The translations under genes were made by a program, and so were the position numbers. 59,107 bases of DNA, from the NCBI GenBank assembly GCA_032718475.1, contig JAUCBJ010001236.1, forward strand, positions 1 through 59,107, given 5' to 3'. Positions 35,322 to 48,390 of the stretch are shown piece by piece; within the stretch, counting starts at the first letter, position 1; the number at the start of each line of letters is the position of its first letter. The notes under the pieces are model-generated. The model was not told the DNA's origin. It was given only the letters and a program-made list of their open reading frames with translations, and made no database searches. The DNA is from Nemertoderma westbladi (taxonomy: Eukaryota > Animalia > Xenacoelomorpha).

Positions 35322-37034
35322 TTAGTTTATATCCACAGCATCTAGCTTTATCTTTTTCTGTTCTAATGGAGGATAGTGAGCTAATTTTCGTTTTACAATT
35401 TCCATCGAATATCTTTTAGAGATGTTGGGGGAATCATTAGGGTGAAATAGATTGAGGTGGATCTGCTTGGGGAGGAAAACTGCGTCTTTTAGTGTGCGTT
35501 TGAGAAAGTTGATGCAACACTCAACAGCATAGTTTGAAGGTAGGGTTAATTTGTTTGTTGTCTTCAGGCTGACAATAATTGTTTCTGATGGTGTATGTTG
35601 AATGTGTATAAGGGGGGTGAGATAGTAATGGGAGGAAGTGGATTGTTGAATGGGATGAAAGTTGGAGAAATCACTCGCTTTTATATTTAAACCATCGGTA
35701 AACTGAAACGTGGTTGATTTCAAATCTTTTTTGATGACGGGCCATATGCCAACATAAGCTTCGCCTTTGAATGAATAAATGAAAGCCGCTACTGATTCGT
35801 ATAAATTAAGACACTGGTGATTAGGTAGTTGTAGTTGCTTTGGTTCATAATCACTATTGTTGGCCAATGACTTTAGTTCAGAGAGTGCTTCTCGGGCGCG
35901 ATCTGTATTGTCAATAGAGAACATGTAGTCATAGCGTCTGTCAGAAATTTCAAGGGTTTCGCAGTTGTAAGCGGTATAAATTTTTATTCGATCTGAAATT
36001 AATTCTTCGTGGTTGACTTCATCGTAGCATTCGTATCCTTCGACCGCAGAATCGAACCATGAAATTTTAAGAAGTTCATTTCTCGTGAGTAAAAGTGCAT
36101 CTCTTGTGGAAACAATAACTTTGTTTGAATCAACCTCAACGCCGCTCGCGATTGCAATGTTTCTTTTATTATTAATATTTGTGATATAACCAAAAGTAGA
36201 ACTATCGAAAGAAACATAGTTCTCTGGCTCTAAGACAATGTGCGAGATTGGATTGATGTAAGGACGACAAATGTTTATATAATGTTGTAGTAAAGCAGCC
36301 GCAGTGTCTGAAATGGTTAACCAACCCCCATCTACTGTATCTTCTAGTTGTATTAAATCAATAGGTTTTAGTGGGGATGTTTTCGAATAACGAACAACTT
36401 TAAAATTAAAACCAAAATAATGTGCTTTGCTGTTGTTGTAGAAACAGGTTATTTCATTCAATGGTTCAATAAAAGTTAGTACATCATATCCAAACAGTTT
36501 GAAGAAACGAGATTCATCTTTGAGGGGATGAATCGAGGCGTTCCAAATAATTAAAAGAATTGAGTTTGAAATATTATGAAAATCAAACAGACACTCATCA
36601 ACAAAAAAGGAAGCTTTGAGTGTTGACATACCAAGGAGCTTGTTTGCAGATTCTTGTGTTACATTGCTGTGGATATATTCAACAACCGGTTGAGGTATTA
36701 CAAATGTTTCTAACGAGGTTGTCAGATTGAACGTTATATTCGATTCTGATTTGTACAGTTTGAAACCATGGTTTGCGGAATGAAATTTGTCATTATTTAG
36801 AGTTTGATATTGACCATCCTTCAACTCAAAGCAGGATCGTAGAATGAAATGTGCATAATTTGCTGGAATGAGATGGGGTTGGTTAGATGAAGTGGTAACC
36901 GTCATTGGAAAGCGTTTGTTCGAAGGATCAAAATATAAACCGAAAGAGTTGTCTGAGAGAGATATTTGATTTTCGTTGGAAACAATTTTTACTTGAGGGA
37001 AGTTGAACTTTTGAAGGAGTTGAGCTTGAGCCAT
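35322..37034 (-). CDS. 570-aa unknown protein, possibly with PC4-like ssDNA-binding repeats
   Basis: Intact long ORF whose ATG sits at the right TIR boundary; IYSFKGEAYVGIW...GLNIKASDF segment; C-terminal KKIKL NLS-like. Confidence 0.8.
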   Translation of the reverse strand: MAQAQLLQKFNFPQVKIVSNENQISLSDNSFGLYFDPSNKRFPMTVTTSSNQPHLIPANYAHFILRSCFELKDGQYQTLNNDKFHSANHGFKLYKSESNITFNLTTSLETFVIPQPVVEYIHSNVTQESANKLLGMSTLKASFFVDECLFDFHNISNSILLIIWNASIHPLKDESRFFKLFGYDVLTFIEPLNEITCFYNNSKAHYFGFNFKVVRYSKTSPLKPIDLIQLEDTVDGGWLTISDTAAALLQHYINICRPYINPISHIVLEPENYVSFDSSTFGYITNINNKRNIAIASGVEVDSNKVIVSTRDALLLTRNELLKISWFDSAVEGYECYDEVNHEELISDRIKIYTAYNCETLEISDRRYDYMFSIDNTDRAREALSELKSLANNSDYEPKQLQLPNHQCLNLYESVAAFIYSFKGEAYVGIWPVIKKDLKSTTFQFTDGLNIKASDFSNFHPIQQSTSSHYYLTPLIHIQHTPSETIIVSLKTTNKLTLPSNYAVECCINFLKRTLKDAVFLPKQIHLNLFHPNDSPNISKRYSMEIVKRKLAHYPPLEQKKIKLDAVDIN

Positions 37035-38083
37035 CTTGAAGAAAATATAATATTATGTATAACAATAAATGTATTATAACTTTAAATAAAAAGTAAAATT
37101 GTCAATAATATTTTTGTAAGTAAAGTTCGAAGCGAAGGGTGGGGGTTTATAAGGGAAAGGATAACCAATGAAAATAAAAGTGAAGCTTGTGGGAACCAAT
37201 AGAAATAAAAAGAGAGAGAGAGAGACGCGCTATTGGATTGAGGGAATAATAAACACATTTCATTGGGTTAATTAAATGTAAAACATTAGTTAGGTTGGGA
37301 AATGGGATGAATTGAGAAGCGGGGGGTGCGTTGGAGAAAATTGCGTGTAATGAATGAATGGGTATGTTAATTAATGTTACGCTAGAGCATCTCCGAAATT
37401 ACTTCAAACAAAAAAAACTGCAGTATCCACTGTAGTAAAGAGATGGTTGGGAATTAATTTGACATGTGGTGTTTTGGGTAGGGCTTTGTTGTTGAGCTAA
37501 TATGCGCGTGGACTGCTTCGCAATACAATGCGAAAGAATGCAATCTATTGCAAGAGCAGATGTTTATTCTAATTTCTTGGAAGCTATAGGTTTGAATAAT
37601 TTAAGCTCTATCGCAGGCCCCATTCACGCAGGCCCCATTCACGCATTGATGTTTGGGTTAGTCATGCTACGGTTAATAAGAGCCCGAGCAGCCACAGATT
37701 ATTGAGGGATGACTCGGGGCCAAACTGGGGCCACTTTATTTTCGTGAAAGGGTATATTTATGTTTTGGGTCCCGTTCGTGTCTTTTTATTTAATTCTACC
37801 TTTACCTATTGTATGGCAAAAATAATACAAATGTATTGTATATTGTATTGTATATTTCGTTTGCTGTAGTACAATTTATTCATCGCGCGTCCCCTATCTG
37901 ATTGATTTGTATCAAATTAAATTGCCTTTGGCAACATTATTTGATACAAATCGTTTGATTTAACAATTAATTAATTGTTTAATCGACCAATTAATTAATT
38001 GATTAATTAATTAATGACCTACTTAACACCCAAGGTGTGAAGTTGGACTAAACTGTCGCAGAGGGTGGCATACTATTACTACT
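37033..38083. repeat. Right terminal inverted repeat
   Basis: Reverse complement of 22177-23229; ends tactattactact. Confidence 0.95.
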
Positions 38084-39573
38084 TGCAACGCTTACAAAAT
38101 ATTCACCAGCCTAGTAGGGAAACGGCTGAGGAACTTGTTATCAAGCAAAATTCCTAAAGAACAGTTTGGTTATATGCCCGGGAAATCTACATCTGCGCCT
38201 CTAGCTCAACTTATTAACCGAATACATTACAATCTAGGTGAACCGAAGAAACCATTATATTGTGCGTATATAGACTTTCGCAAAACCTTCGATTCGGTCC
38301 CACGATCGAAACTGTTGGACAAGCTCGCAAAATCGTTCAAAATCAAAGGGAAACTATTGAGAATAACATCGGCAATCATTGATACGAACTACATACAAAT
38401 ATTTGACGGCCTCCGGAAATCGAGGATAATCAAACAAACTCGCGGTATGCTACAAGGCGATAGTCTGAGCCCATTCCTATTTATATTGTTCATCTTTGAC
38501 ATTGTGGATTATATCAAAAGATTCGCTCAGTTTGTAGGAGAAATTATTATATTATTATTTGCGGATGATCTGGTGTTCTACGGCGATTCGCGAGAAGTAG
38601 TACAAGCAGGATTAGATGCCACAGCAGCATGGGCTGCGGATAATGGAATGGAGGTTAATTTAAAGAAAACCGCCGTAATGAAATTCCGGCGTGGTGGCCG
38701 ACTCAGCACGGCGGATAAGTTCACCTACAATGGTAAACAAGTAACCATCTCTAACTCATACAAATATTTAGTGGTCACCTCTTCCAGACAACCCTATCGT
38801 TTACAAAGCATATCACCGAAGTAACATGTAAGGCACTAAAGGCGGCTCACTCCATCAAGAACTCTCAACTGCTCTCACTGGAAACTTCATTAGCATTATT
38901 TCGACTTAAAGTTCACCCGGTTGTTACATATGGACTGCGCGAAATCTGGCCCTTTCTCTCGGCAACTAACCTCCACTCACTGGACAAAATCAAATCCACA
39001 TATCTAAAGAAAACTATCGGGGTGCACAAAAATTCACAAAACAGACTGGTATTAGCATTATGCGTGGAAGACCACTTCGAAGTCGAAATCGCCAAAAGAT
39101 TGAATCTTACGCACACGACGGAATATCAAAAGTACATGTTGTGTATCCATAATAAACAGCAAGAAATTAACTCGGATTTCTGGACGGCATTGGCTTTCTC
39201 GGATAGGAGGTAGACAAGATCAAACCAACGGAACCACCATGTCATCACTAGACTCTCAATCCATGGGTATCACCACCTAGTTTGTAGTTCTAGAACATTC
39301 CACTACCCGAGTAGCGAATGCGTTTGTGAGCTGTGCGGACAGCCGGCACCATTATATCATATACTTATGTGCCACCGCAACTCGAAATCCCTCAACCAGC
39401 TGGCGAACCACCACCTTCACACTTGCACATGAGGCATCGCACATAACTTTTAATTTATATTTATTATATTTATTGGTATATTTTTATTATTAAATATGAT
39501 CTTAATAATTTTTTAACACTTGTGGCTTACAACAGCAATTACCATATTTTGGTGTAATAAATATTAAAAAAAA
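38084..39573 (+). mobile_element. LINE RT fragment with C-terminal Cys/His domain, starting exactly at the Maverick right terminus
   Basis: EQFGY, YIDFRKTFDSV, GMLQGDSLSP, LFADD; 3' HGYHH...CVCELCG...HILMC; aataaa plus A-rich tail. Confidence 0.88.
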
Positions 39574-40869
39574 ATCATATTAACTGTGCTATCACTATTA
39601 TATTAGACCGCCAAGGAACAACATTAACTCTGAACGCTTTTCTCCAACGGCCTCGGCCAAGCAATCAGTGACACCATCCCAGCCTGCGGTGACGCGTACG
39701 AACAACCTACCCGGTCGGGATCTCTGATCCCGTCACAGCTATGTTTAAGGGTCTGTAAAAAAAAATCCCCACGATGACATTTTTGAGGGAATTTTTCTGA
39801 ATGACTACTCAACCAACTGCTTCAAAACAACCAACAATGGTTTAGATCGGAATTTGTGGGCAAAAAAATATACCTCGCTCAGCCTGGGTACTAACACATT
39901 TTGTAATATCAAAATTATTACTTATTACATGGGGAAAAAATACAACTTTTTTTCACTATTTTCGATTCACTTTATTTACCGAGCGTCATCGAGGTTAATA
40001 AAGGGTCGAGAGAATATTGAAAAATTAAATATTCTACATTTTTTTCCCCATGTAATACGTAATTTTATTCTTAAATTGGTACTTTTTTGTTGCTCAATTG
40101 TTTAATAAAACGTACAGCGATATAGTGGTACAAAATATTTTTTGTTGCTCAATTCTTTAATAAAACGTACAGCGATATAGTGGTACAAAATAAATTGAAC
40201 TGTAAGTATTTTGCTATATTGCTTCCATAGTTACTGCGATTCAAATTATTGTACTCTTCAACTCCTGATGCTGCCTTACTCAATGTTAAATAATTTAGTG
40301 TTCTCCAATACTTATTACGTAACTAGAGAGCCGCTTAACTACATAAACCAATATTGGATATTGTGTTCCGTTTTGGAGGACACCGCGCAGACACTAAAGT
40401 TGCAATAACTTTTGAGTGCGTGCATGGATTTTACTCAAATTACGTGCAAACCTTTTCTACGTCGTTGTTCTTTCAACACATTTAATAATATTTAAGAAAT
40501 TCAAACAAAAATATTTTTTTTACTTTTTTCGCCGTAAAATCAATGCAATCCTATGGAGAAATCCCTAGAGAAAAAGTGCAACTTTTTCTCCCGATTTTGG
40601 GGTAAATTTGAGCGAAAAACTGACAATTTAAGAATAAAATTAATTTAATGTACCGGTATAATACTGTATGTATTGTATAACCTTAAACTATCATTTATTA
40701 AATTATAGTTGATAATGTATATTGCATATAATAAATACTGTAATAGAAGAAAAACTAATAATATAAAATAAAAATAAATATATATGGATATTATACTGTA
40801 TACAGGTATATATATATAATATATATATAATATCCTGAATATCCATTATTCTTTATTGTAGGGCGAGCC

Positions 40870-41153
40870 GCGAAGTGAGCGAAGCCTTAGCATATGGGTG
40901 CCATTGGCGAGTTGTTTGTCGTCGTCTGTCGTCGTAAATTTTTGATCGCTAATAACTCGGTTATTCCTTGATGAAATTAAATGAAACTTGGTATGTATGT
41001 AGTCCGTCAAAAGTTTAGAAAGAATCTGAAGTTTCGTCAAAAACGAACGAACGCAACGAGGCACAAGAGGAGGACGAGTATTGTATTGAAGACTTCTGAC
41101 TAACGGCAGACAACTCGTTAATGGTACCCATATGCTAAAGGCTTTGCTCACTT
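40870..41153. mobile_element. Small foldback element
   Basis: cgaagtgagcgaagccttagcatatgggtgccatt mirrored by aatggtacccatatgctaaaggctttgctcacttcg. Confidence 0.65.
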
Positions 41154-41399
41154 CGTGCTGCGCGAAGACCCCAGGAACGTGTAAATTAGAGATACCTACA
41201 TACTGACATATTTCAACAAAACACAGTTGTATACCTCATGAAATCAACTTGTACCAAAAATATTTTATATCTGTATGATATTTCATATGAATTATGAATG
41301 TAGGCTATCATAATTCCGTCGTTGCACCTGTATTGCTGTATTCATATACTTCATATACTATAATATCATTACTGTATTTGAAAAAACAATAGTCTGATA

Positions 41400-41517
41400 G
41401 TGTAAGGACTTTCAGCCACAAAAAGGTGTTATAGTGTATTGCAGACGTTCAATAAACAATTTATTAAAACGTCTGCAATACACTATAACACCTTTTTGTG
41501 GCTGAAAGTCCTTACAC
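41400..41517. repeat. Perfect 50-bp inverted repeat (hairpin), 18-nt spacer
   Basis: 41400-41449 is the reverse complement of 41468-41517. Confidence 0.92.
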
Positions 41518-42035
41518 CATTGTTTTTTCTATTATTCTCGCCACATTCAATTAATCATGTCTTTTAATTACTGTATTTTTTTTTATAGGGCCTAGTCAAT
41601 TAAAAATAATTAAATGTTAATTCATGCAGACACACTGCAGCTCTTGGTTGTCTGGTTCTGCGGTATTACACCATACAGCCGTACCGGTTCCGGTCCGGTA
41701 TACACAGGAAGACTGCTGTACTACTACGGTATTGGCTGATTGGTAGTTCAATTTCATAGCAACTAAACTTGGCTATTTTAGCCTAAAACATCAACAGCTG
41801 GACAGCGGACAACCACTACTAACTCCAAACTCAGTAACTGAAACGGCCCCCAGCCAGCGAGCAGCCCAGACGCTACCGTTACCAGCTTGCTGCAGTGCCA
41901 GTACTTGGTACTTCTGTACTTACCGGGTACCGGTCTGCCGGTACGAGTACAGCTACTAACAACCTGCCAACTACAGAACTAAACTGAACGAACAGCTGAT
42001 AGCTGGATAGGCCTAATTTGCATCAGTTGTCAGTA

Positions 42036-42711
42036 ATGGCGGATCCCACAGAGTGCAGCATCAAGGTTGTATGCCGGGTTCGACCCCTGAACCACTCGGA
42101 AATCGAACGGGGTTCCCAATTCTCCCCCAAGTTCCCCAAAGAGTCCATGGTATCAATCAGCGGCAAACTCTTCGTCTACGATCACGTCTTTAAATCGGAC
42201 GCAACCCAGGAACTCGTTTACAACACCGCGGCGAAACAGATAGTTACCGACGTACTGAACGGTTACAACGGTACGATATTCGCTTACGGGCAGACGTCCT
42301 CCGGGAAGACCCACACGATGGAAGGGCCTTCGTTAGAAGACCCCGACAAGATGGGGGTTATCCCTAGGATAGTCGCAGACGTCTTCAACCACATCTACTC
42401 GATGGACGAGAACTTAGAATTCCATATAAAAGTCAGTTACTTAGAGATTTATTTAGATAAAGTTCGGGACTTGTTAGATTTGTCGAAGACTAATCTCTCT
42501 GTTCACGAGGATAAGGAGCGCACTACCTACGTTAAGGGAGCCACTGAGCGGTTTGTATCGAGTCCCGATGAGGTTATGGAAGTTATTGATGAGGGGAAAG
42601 CCAACAGGCACATCTCCGAAACTAATATGAATGAACATTCTTCTCGCAGTCATTGTATATTTCTTATTAATGTTAAACAGGAGAATGTTATAACGCAGAA
42701 GAAACTTTCGG
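42036..42711 (+). CDS. KIF5: Kinesin-1 heavy chain exon 1 (motor domain)
   Basis: [18 protein letters not shown]-loop GQTSSGKT, switch I NEHSSRSH; G|gttagt donor. Confidence 0.96.
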
Positions 42712-42931
42712 GTTAGTTTCACTTTCACGTTCGTTACCTGTACCTAGTCGCTTAAATTACCGACTATACAAACAAGACTCGCTGTACCGGTATCGGTGTG
42801 TATACCGGTAAGGTAGTTACCGGTAAACGTACCGCACAGCATGTATCCAGACAATACTGTAAGATGTACCCATGGAACTTCCATGGGCATGGATACATCT
42901 TACAGTATTGTAGGCTTCCATTGGAAGCCTT

Positions 42932-45900
42932 CACATAAAGTCTTCACACTAACACATTAATCATAAAGTCGTCACACTAACACACTAATCAAAAAGTCGT
43001 CGCACTAACACACTAATCATAAATTCGTCACACTAACACACTAATCATAAAGTCGTCGCACTAACACACTAATCATAAAGTCGTCACACTAACACATTAA
43101 TCATAAAGTCGTCACACTAACACATTAATCATAAAGTCGTCACACTAACACACTAGTCATAAAGTCGTCGCACTAACACACTAATCATAAAGTCGTCACA
43201 CTAACACATTAATCATAAAGTCGTCACACTAACACAATAATCATAAAGTCGTCACACTAACAGACTAATCATAAATTCGTCACTCTAACACACTATTCAT
43301 AGAGTCATCATACGATGATACTAACACACTAATCATAGATAGAGTCGTCACACTAACGCACTAATCATAAAGTCGTCACACTAACACACTAATCATAAAG
43401 TCGTCACACTAACACATTAATCATAAAGTCGTCACACTAACACAATAATCATAAAGTCGTCACACTAACACACTAATCATAAAGTCGTCGCACTAACACA
43501 CTAATCATAAAGTCGTCACACTAACACACTAATCATAAAGCCGTCACACTAACACAATAATCATAAAGTCGTCACAGTAACACACTAATCATAAAGTCGT
43601 CACACTAACACACTAATCATACAGTCGTCACACTAACACACTAATCATAATGTCGACACACTAACACACTAATCATAAAGCCGTCACACTAACACAATAA
43701 TCATAAAGTCGACACAGTAACACACTAATCATAAAGTCGTCACACTAACACACTAATCATAAAGTCGTCACACTAACACATTAATCATAAAGTCTTCACA
43801 CTAACACATTAATCATAAAGTCGTCACAGTAACACACTAATCATAAAGTCGTCACACTAACACACTAATCATAATGTCGACACACTAACACACTAATCAT
43901 AAAGTCGTCACAGTAACACACTAATCATAAAGTCGTCACACTAACACACTAATCATAAAGCCGTCACACTAACACAATAATCATAAAGTCGTCACAGTAA
44001 CACACTAATCATAAAGTCGTCACACTAACACACTAATCATACAGTCGTCACACTAACACACTAATCATAATGTCGACACACTAACACACTAATCATAAAG
44101 TCGTCACAGTAACACACTAATCATAAAGTCGTTACACTAACACACTAATCATACAGTAATCACACTAACACAATAATCATAAAGTCGTCACAGTAACACA
44201 CTAATCATAAAGTCGTCACACTAACAGACTAATCATAAAGTCGTCACAGTAACACACTAATCATAAAGTCGTTACACTAACACACTAATCATACAGTAAT
44301 CACACTAACACAATAATCATAAAGTCGTCACACTAACACACTAATCATAATGTCGACACACTAACACACTAATCATAAAGCCGTCACACTAACACAATAA
44401 TCATAAAGTCGACACAGTAACACACTAATCATAAAGTCGTCACACTAACACACTAATCATAAAGTCGTCACACTAACACATTAATCATAAAGTCTTCACA
44501 CTAACACATTAATCATAAAGTCGTCACAGTAACACACTAATCATAAAGTCGTCACACTAACACACTAATCATAATGTCGACACACTAACACACTAATCAT
44601 AAAGTCGTCACAGTAACACACTAATCATAAAGTCGTCACACTAACACACTAATCATAAAGCCGTCACACTAACACAATAATCATAAAGTCGTCACAGTAA
44701 CACACTAATCATAAAGTCGTCACACTAACACACTAATCATACAGTCGTCACACTAACACACTAATCATAATGTCGACACACTAACACACTAATCATAAAG
44801 TCGTCACAGTAACACACTAATCATAAAGTCGTTACACTAACACACTAATCATACAGTAATCACACTAACACAATAATCATAAAGTCGTCACAGTAACACA
44901 CTAATCATAAAGTCGTCACACTAACAGACTAATCATAAAGTCGTCACAGTAACACACTAATCATAAAGTCGTTACACTAACACACTAATCATACAGTAAT
45001 CACACTAACACAATAATCATAAAGTCGTCACACTAACACACTAATCATAAAGTCGTCGCACTAACACACTAATCATACAGTCGTCACACTAACACACTAA
45101 TCATAATGTCGACACACTAACACACCAATCATAAAGTCGTCACAGTAACACACTAATCATAAAGTCGTCACACTAACACACTAATCATAAAGTCGTCACA
45201 CTAACACATTAATCATAAAGTCGTCATACTAACACACTAATCATAAAGTCGTCACACTAACACATTAATCATAAAGTCGTCACACTAACACACTAGTCAT
45301 AAAGTCGTCGCACTAACACACTAATCATAAAGTCGTCACACTAACACATTAATCATAAAGTCGTCACACTAACACAATAATCATAAAGTCGTCACACTAA
45401 CAGACTAATCATAAATTCGTCACTCTAACACACTATTCATAGAGTCATCATACGATGATACTAACACACTAATCATAGATAGAGTCGTCACACTAACGCA
45501 CTAATCATAAAGTCGTCACACTAACACACTAATCATAAAGTCGTCACACTAACACATTAATCATAAAGTCGTCACACTAACACAATAATCATAAAGTCGT
45601 CACACTAACACACTAATCATAAAGTCGTCGCACTAACACACTAATCATAAAGTCGTCACACTAACACACTAATCATAAAGCCGTCACACTAACACAATAA
45701 TCATAAAGTCGTCACAGTAACACACTAATCATAAAGTCGTCACACTAACACACTAATCATAAAGCCGTCACGCTAACACACTAATCATAAAGTCGTCACA
45801 CTAACACACTAATCATAAAGCCGTCACGCTAACACAATAATCATAAAGTCGTCACACTAACACACTAATCATAAAGTCGTCACACTAACACATTAATCAT

Positions 45901-46690
45901 AATGTCGACACACTAACACACTAATCATAAAGTCGTCACACTAACACACTAATCATAAAGCCGTCACGCTAACACAATAATCATAAAGTCGTCACACTAA
46001 CACACTAATCATAAAGTCGTCACACTAACACACTAATCATAATGTCGACACACTAACACACTAATCATAAAGTCGTCACACTAACACACTAATCATACAG
46101 TCGTCACACTAACACACTAATCATAATGTCGACACACTAACACACTAATCATAAAATCGTCACACTAACCCGCTAATCATAAAGTCGTCACACTAACACA
46201 ATAATCATAAAGTCGTCACACTAACACACTAATCATAAAGTCGTCACACTAACACACTAATCATAAAGCCGTCACGCTAACACAATGATCATAAAGTCGT
46301 CACACTAACACACTAATCATAAAGTCGTCACACTATCACACTAATCATAATGTCGACACACTAACACACTAATCATAGAGTCGTCACACTAACACACTAA
46401 TCTTAAAGTCGTTACACTAACACACTAATCATATAGTCGTCACACTAATCTAAAGTTGTAACACTAAAACACTACTATAAAGTCTTCACACTATCACACT
46501 AATCACAAAATCGTCACACTAACCCACTAATCATAAAGTCGCCACACTAACACATTAATCATAAAGTCATCACACTAGCACACTAATCATACATAAAGCC
46601 GTCACACTAACACACTAGTCATAAAGCCGTCACACTAACACAATAATCATAAAGTCGTCACACTAACACACTAATCATAAGGTCGTCACA
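42932..46690. repeat. 28-bp satellite (~130 copies) in kinesin intron 1
   Basis: Unit cataaagtcgtcacactaacacactaat. Confidence 0.98.
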
Positions 46691-46771
46691 ATTGTAAGCA
46701 AAGCATTAAGTCGTCACAGTAAGTATTCACATTAAAATGATCACATCCTTTGCATTCATGAAAGGGAACTA

Positions 46772-47232
46772 CACTTTTTTTTTTATAAGAACATAGTTTA
46801 TAAGAACACGAGGCTCGAATTCGCTAAAAAATTAAGAACATCAGTTAAGTAACAGTTAAGTAAATTTCGTATTCTGAGTTAAGTTATTCTGAGTTAAGTA
46901 AAATTGATAAGCTCCAGATGCAGAGAAATCAAATATTGTACTGGCAGTTCACAGTCTGACATTTAGTGTTATAGTATACCCCTACTGTAAATGTTTCAGT
47001 TTCAGTACGCATGTAGGCCTACTGCAGTACTGAACCTACAGTGCCGTACTGTAGTTCACTAACAACAGTTGAACAGTATGTACTGCAGTAGGCCTACTGT
47101 AATCTAATCAGACAATGTTTGATACATATGGTACAGTACAGTACAGTTTAAGAAAACATTTGAGGCTGAAAGTTCGAGATATTTTAAGAACATGAGGCAC
47201 GACAAAATTCTACTGGTTCTTATAAAGAAAAA
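46772..47232. mobile_element. Probable MITE
   Basis: tttttataagaac ... gttcttataaagaaaa termini with internal taagaaca-gaggc repeats. Confidence 0.5.
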
Positions 47233-47274
47233 TCATGCATCCTATCTAAACACAATAATATTTTCGACAAAGAC

Positions 47275-47571
47275 GTGGTGCAATCTTATAAGGCTTTTAG
47301 AGCCGATCGCCAGAACCACTTTATTAACGAAGGTTTCATCCGAGGCCCAGCCTTTAAATCTACCACCTGGAGATCAGCCGGCCAAAGGAACCGCCACGTG
47401 CTCTGTCGGACGACAGCGCACGGGTTCCACCATAAACTCTGCCTGGACCAACGCCCTTTCCACTCTTTATCCGATTCATGTGCTGTGCCTGTAAATTCTG
47501 TCACTCGCCCATTACAGATAAATTCTATATCTTGGTCTGCCTCATCTCTCGCAACCCTAGCAAACGTTTAA
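47275..47571 (+). mobile_element. 3' end fragment of a LINE related to 38084-39573
   Basis: QRNRHVLCRTTAHGFHHKLC...SLATLAN parallels QRNHHVITRLSIHGYHHLVC...SLNQLAN at ~39225-39410. Confidence 0.7.
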
Positions 47572-47611
47572 TCTATTTATTTTATAATTTAGCATGACGT
47601 TCCTATTTTAG

Positions 47612-48390
47612 TCTCGATATTTTCTTACTCTCGATATTTTTACTCTCGATATTTTACTCTCGATATTTTTACTCTCGATATTTTTACTCACGATATTTTT
47701 TACTCTCGATAGTTTTTTTTACTATCGATATTTTTACTCTCAATATTTTTACTCTCGATGTTTTTACTCTTGATATTTTTGCTCTCGATATTTTTACTCA
47801 CGATATTTTTACTCTCGATATTTTTACTCTCGATGTTTTTACTCTCGATGTTTTTACTCTCGATAGTTTTTTTTACTATCGATATTTTTACTCACGATAT
47901 TTTTACTCTCGATATTTTTACTATCGATATTTTTACTCACGATATTTTTACTCTCGATATTTTTACTCTCGATATTTTTATTCTCGATATTGTAACTCTC
48001 GATATTTTTACTCTCGATGTTTTTACTCTCGATGTTTTTACTCTCGATATTTTTACTCTCGATATTTTTACTCACGATATTTTTTACTCTCGATAGTTTT
48101 TTTTACTATCGATATTTTTACTCACGATATTTTTACTCTCGATATTTTTACTCTCGATATTTTTATTCTCGATATTGTAACTCTCGATATTTTTACTCTC
48201 GATGTTTTTACTCTCGATGTTTTTACTCTCGATATTTTTGCTCTCGGTGTTTTTGTTCTCGATATTTTTGCTCTCGATTTGATTTTTTTTTTTTTGAACT
48301 CGCGATATTATCGATATTTTCATATATTTTCGATATTTTCAACACTCGATATATTTACTCGCGTTATTTTTACACTCGATATTTTTCATG
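47612..48390. repeat. 15-bp minisatellite
   Basis: Unit actctcgatattttt. Confidence 0.95.

Larger units (their letters stand above)
22177..38083 (+). mobile_element. Maverick/Polinton (adintovirus-like endogenous dsDNA virus), 15.9 kb
   Basis: AGTAGT...ACTACT termini, ~1.05 kb TIRs, pPolB, ATPase, integrase, capsid genes and cysteine protease. Confidence 0.97.
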
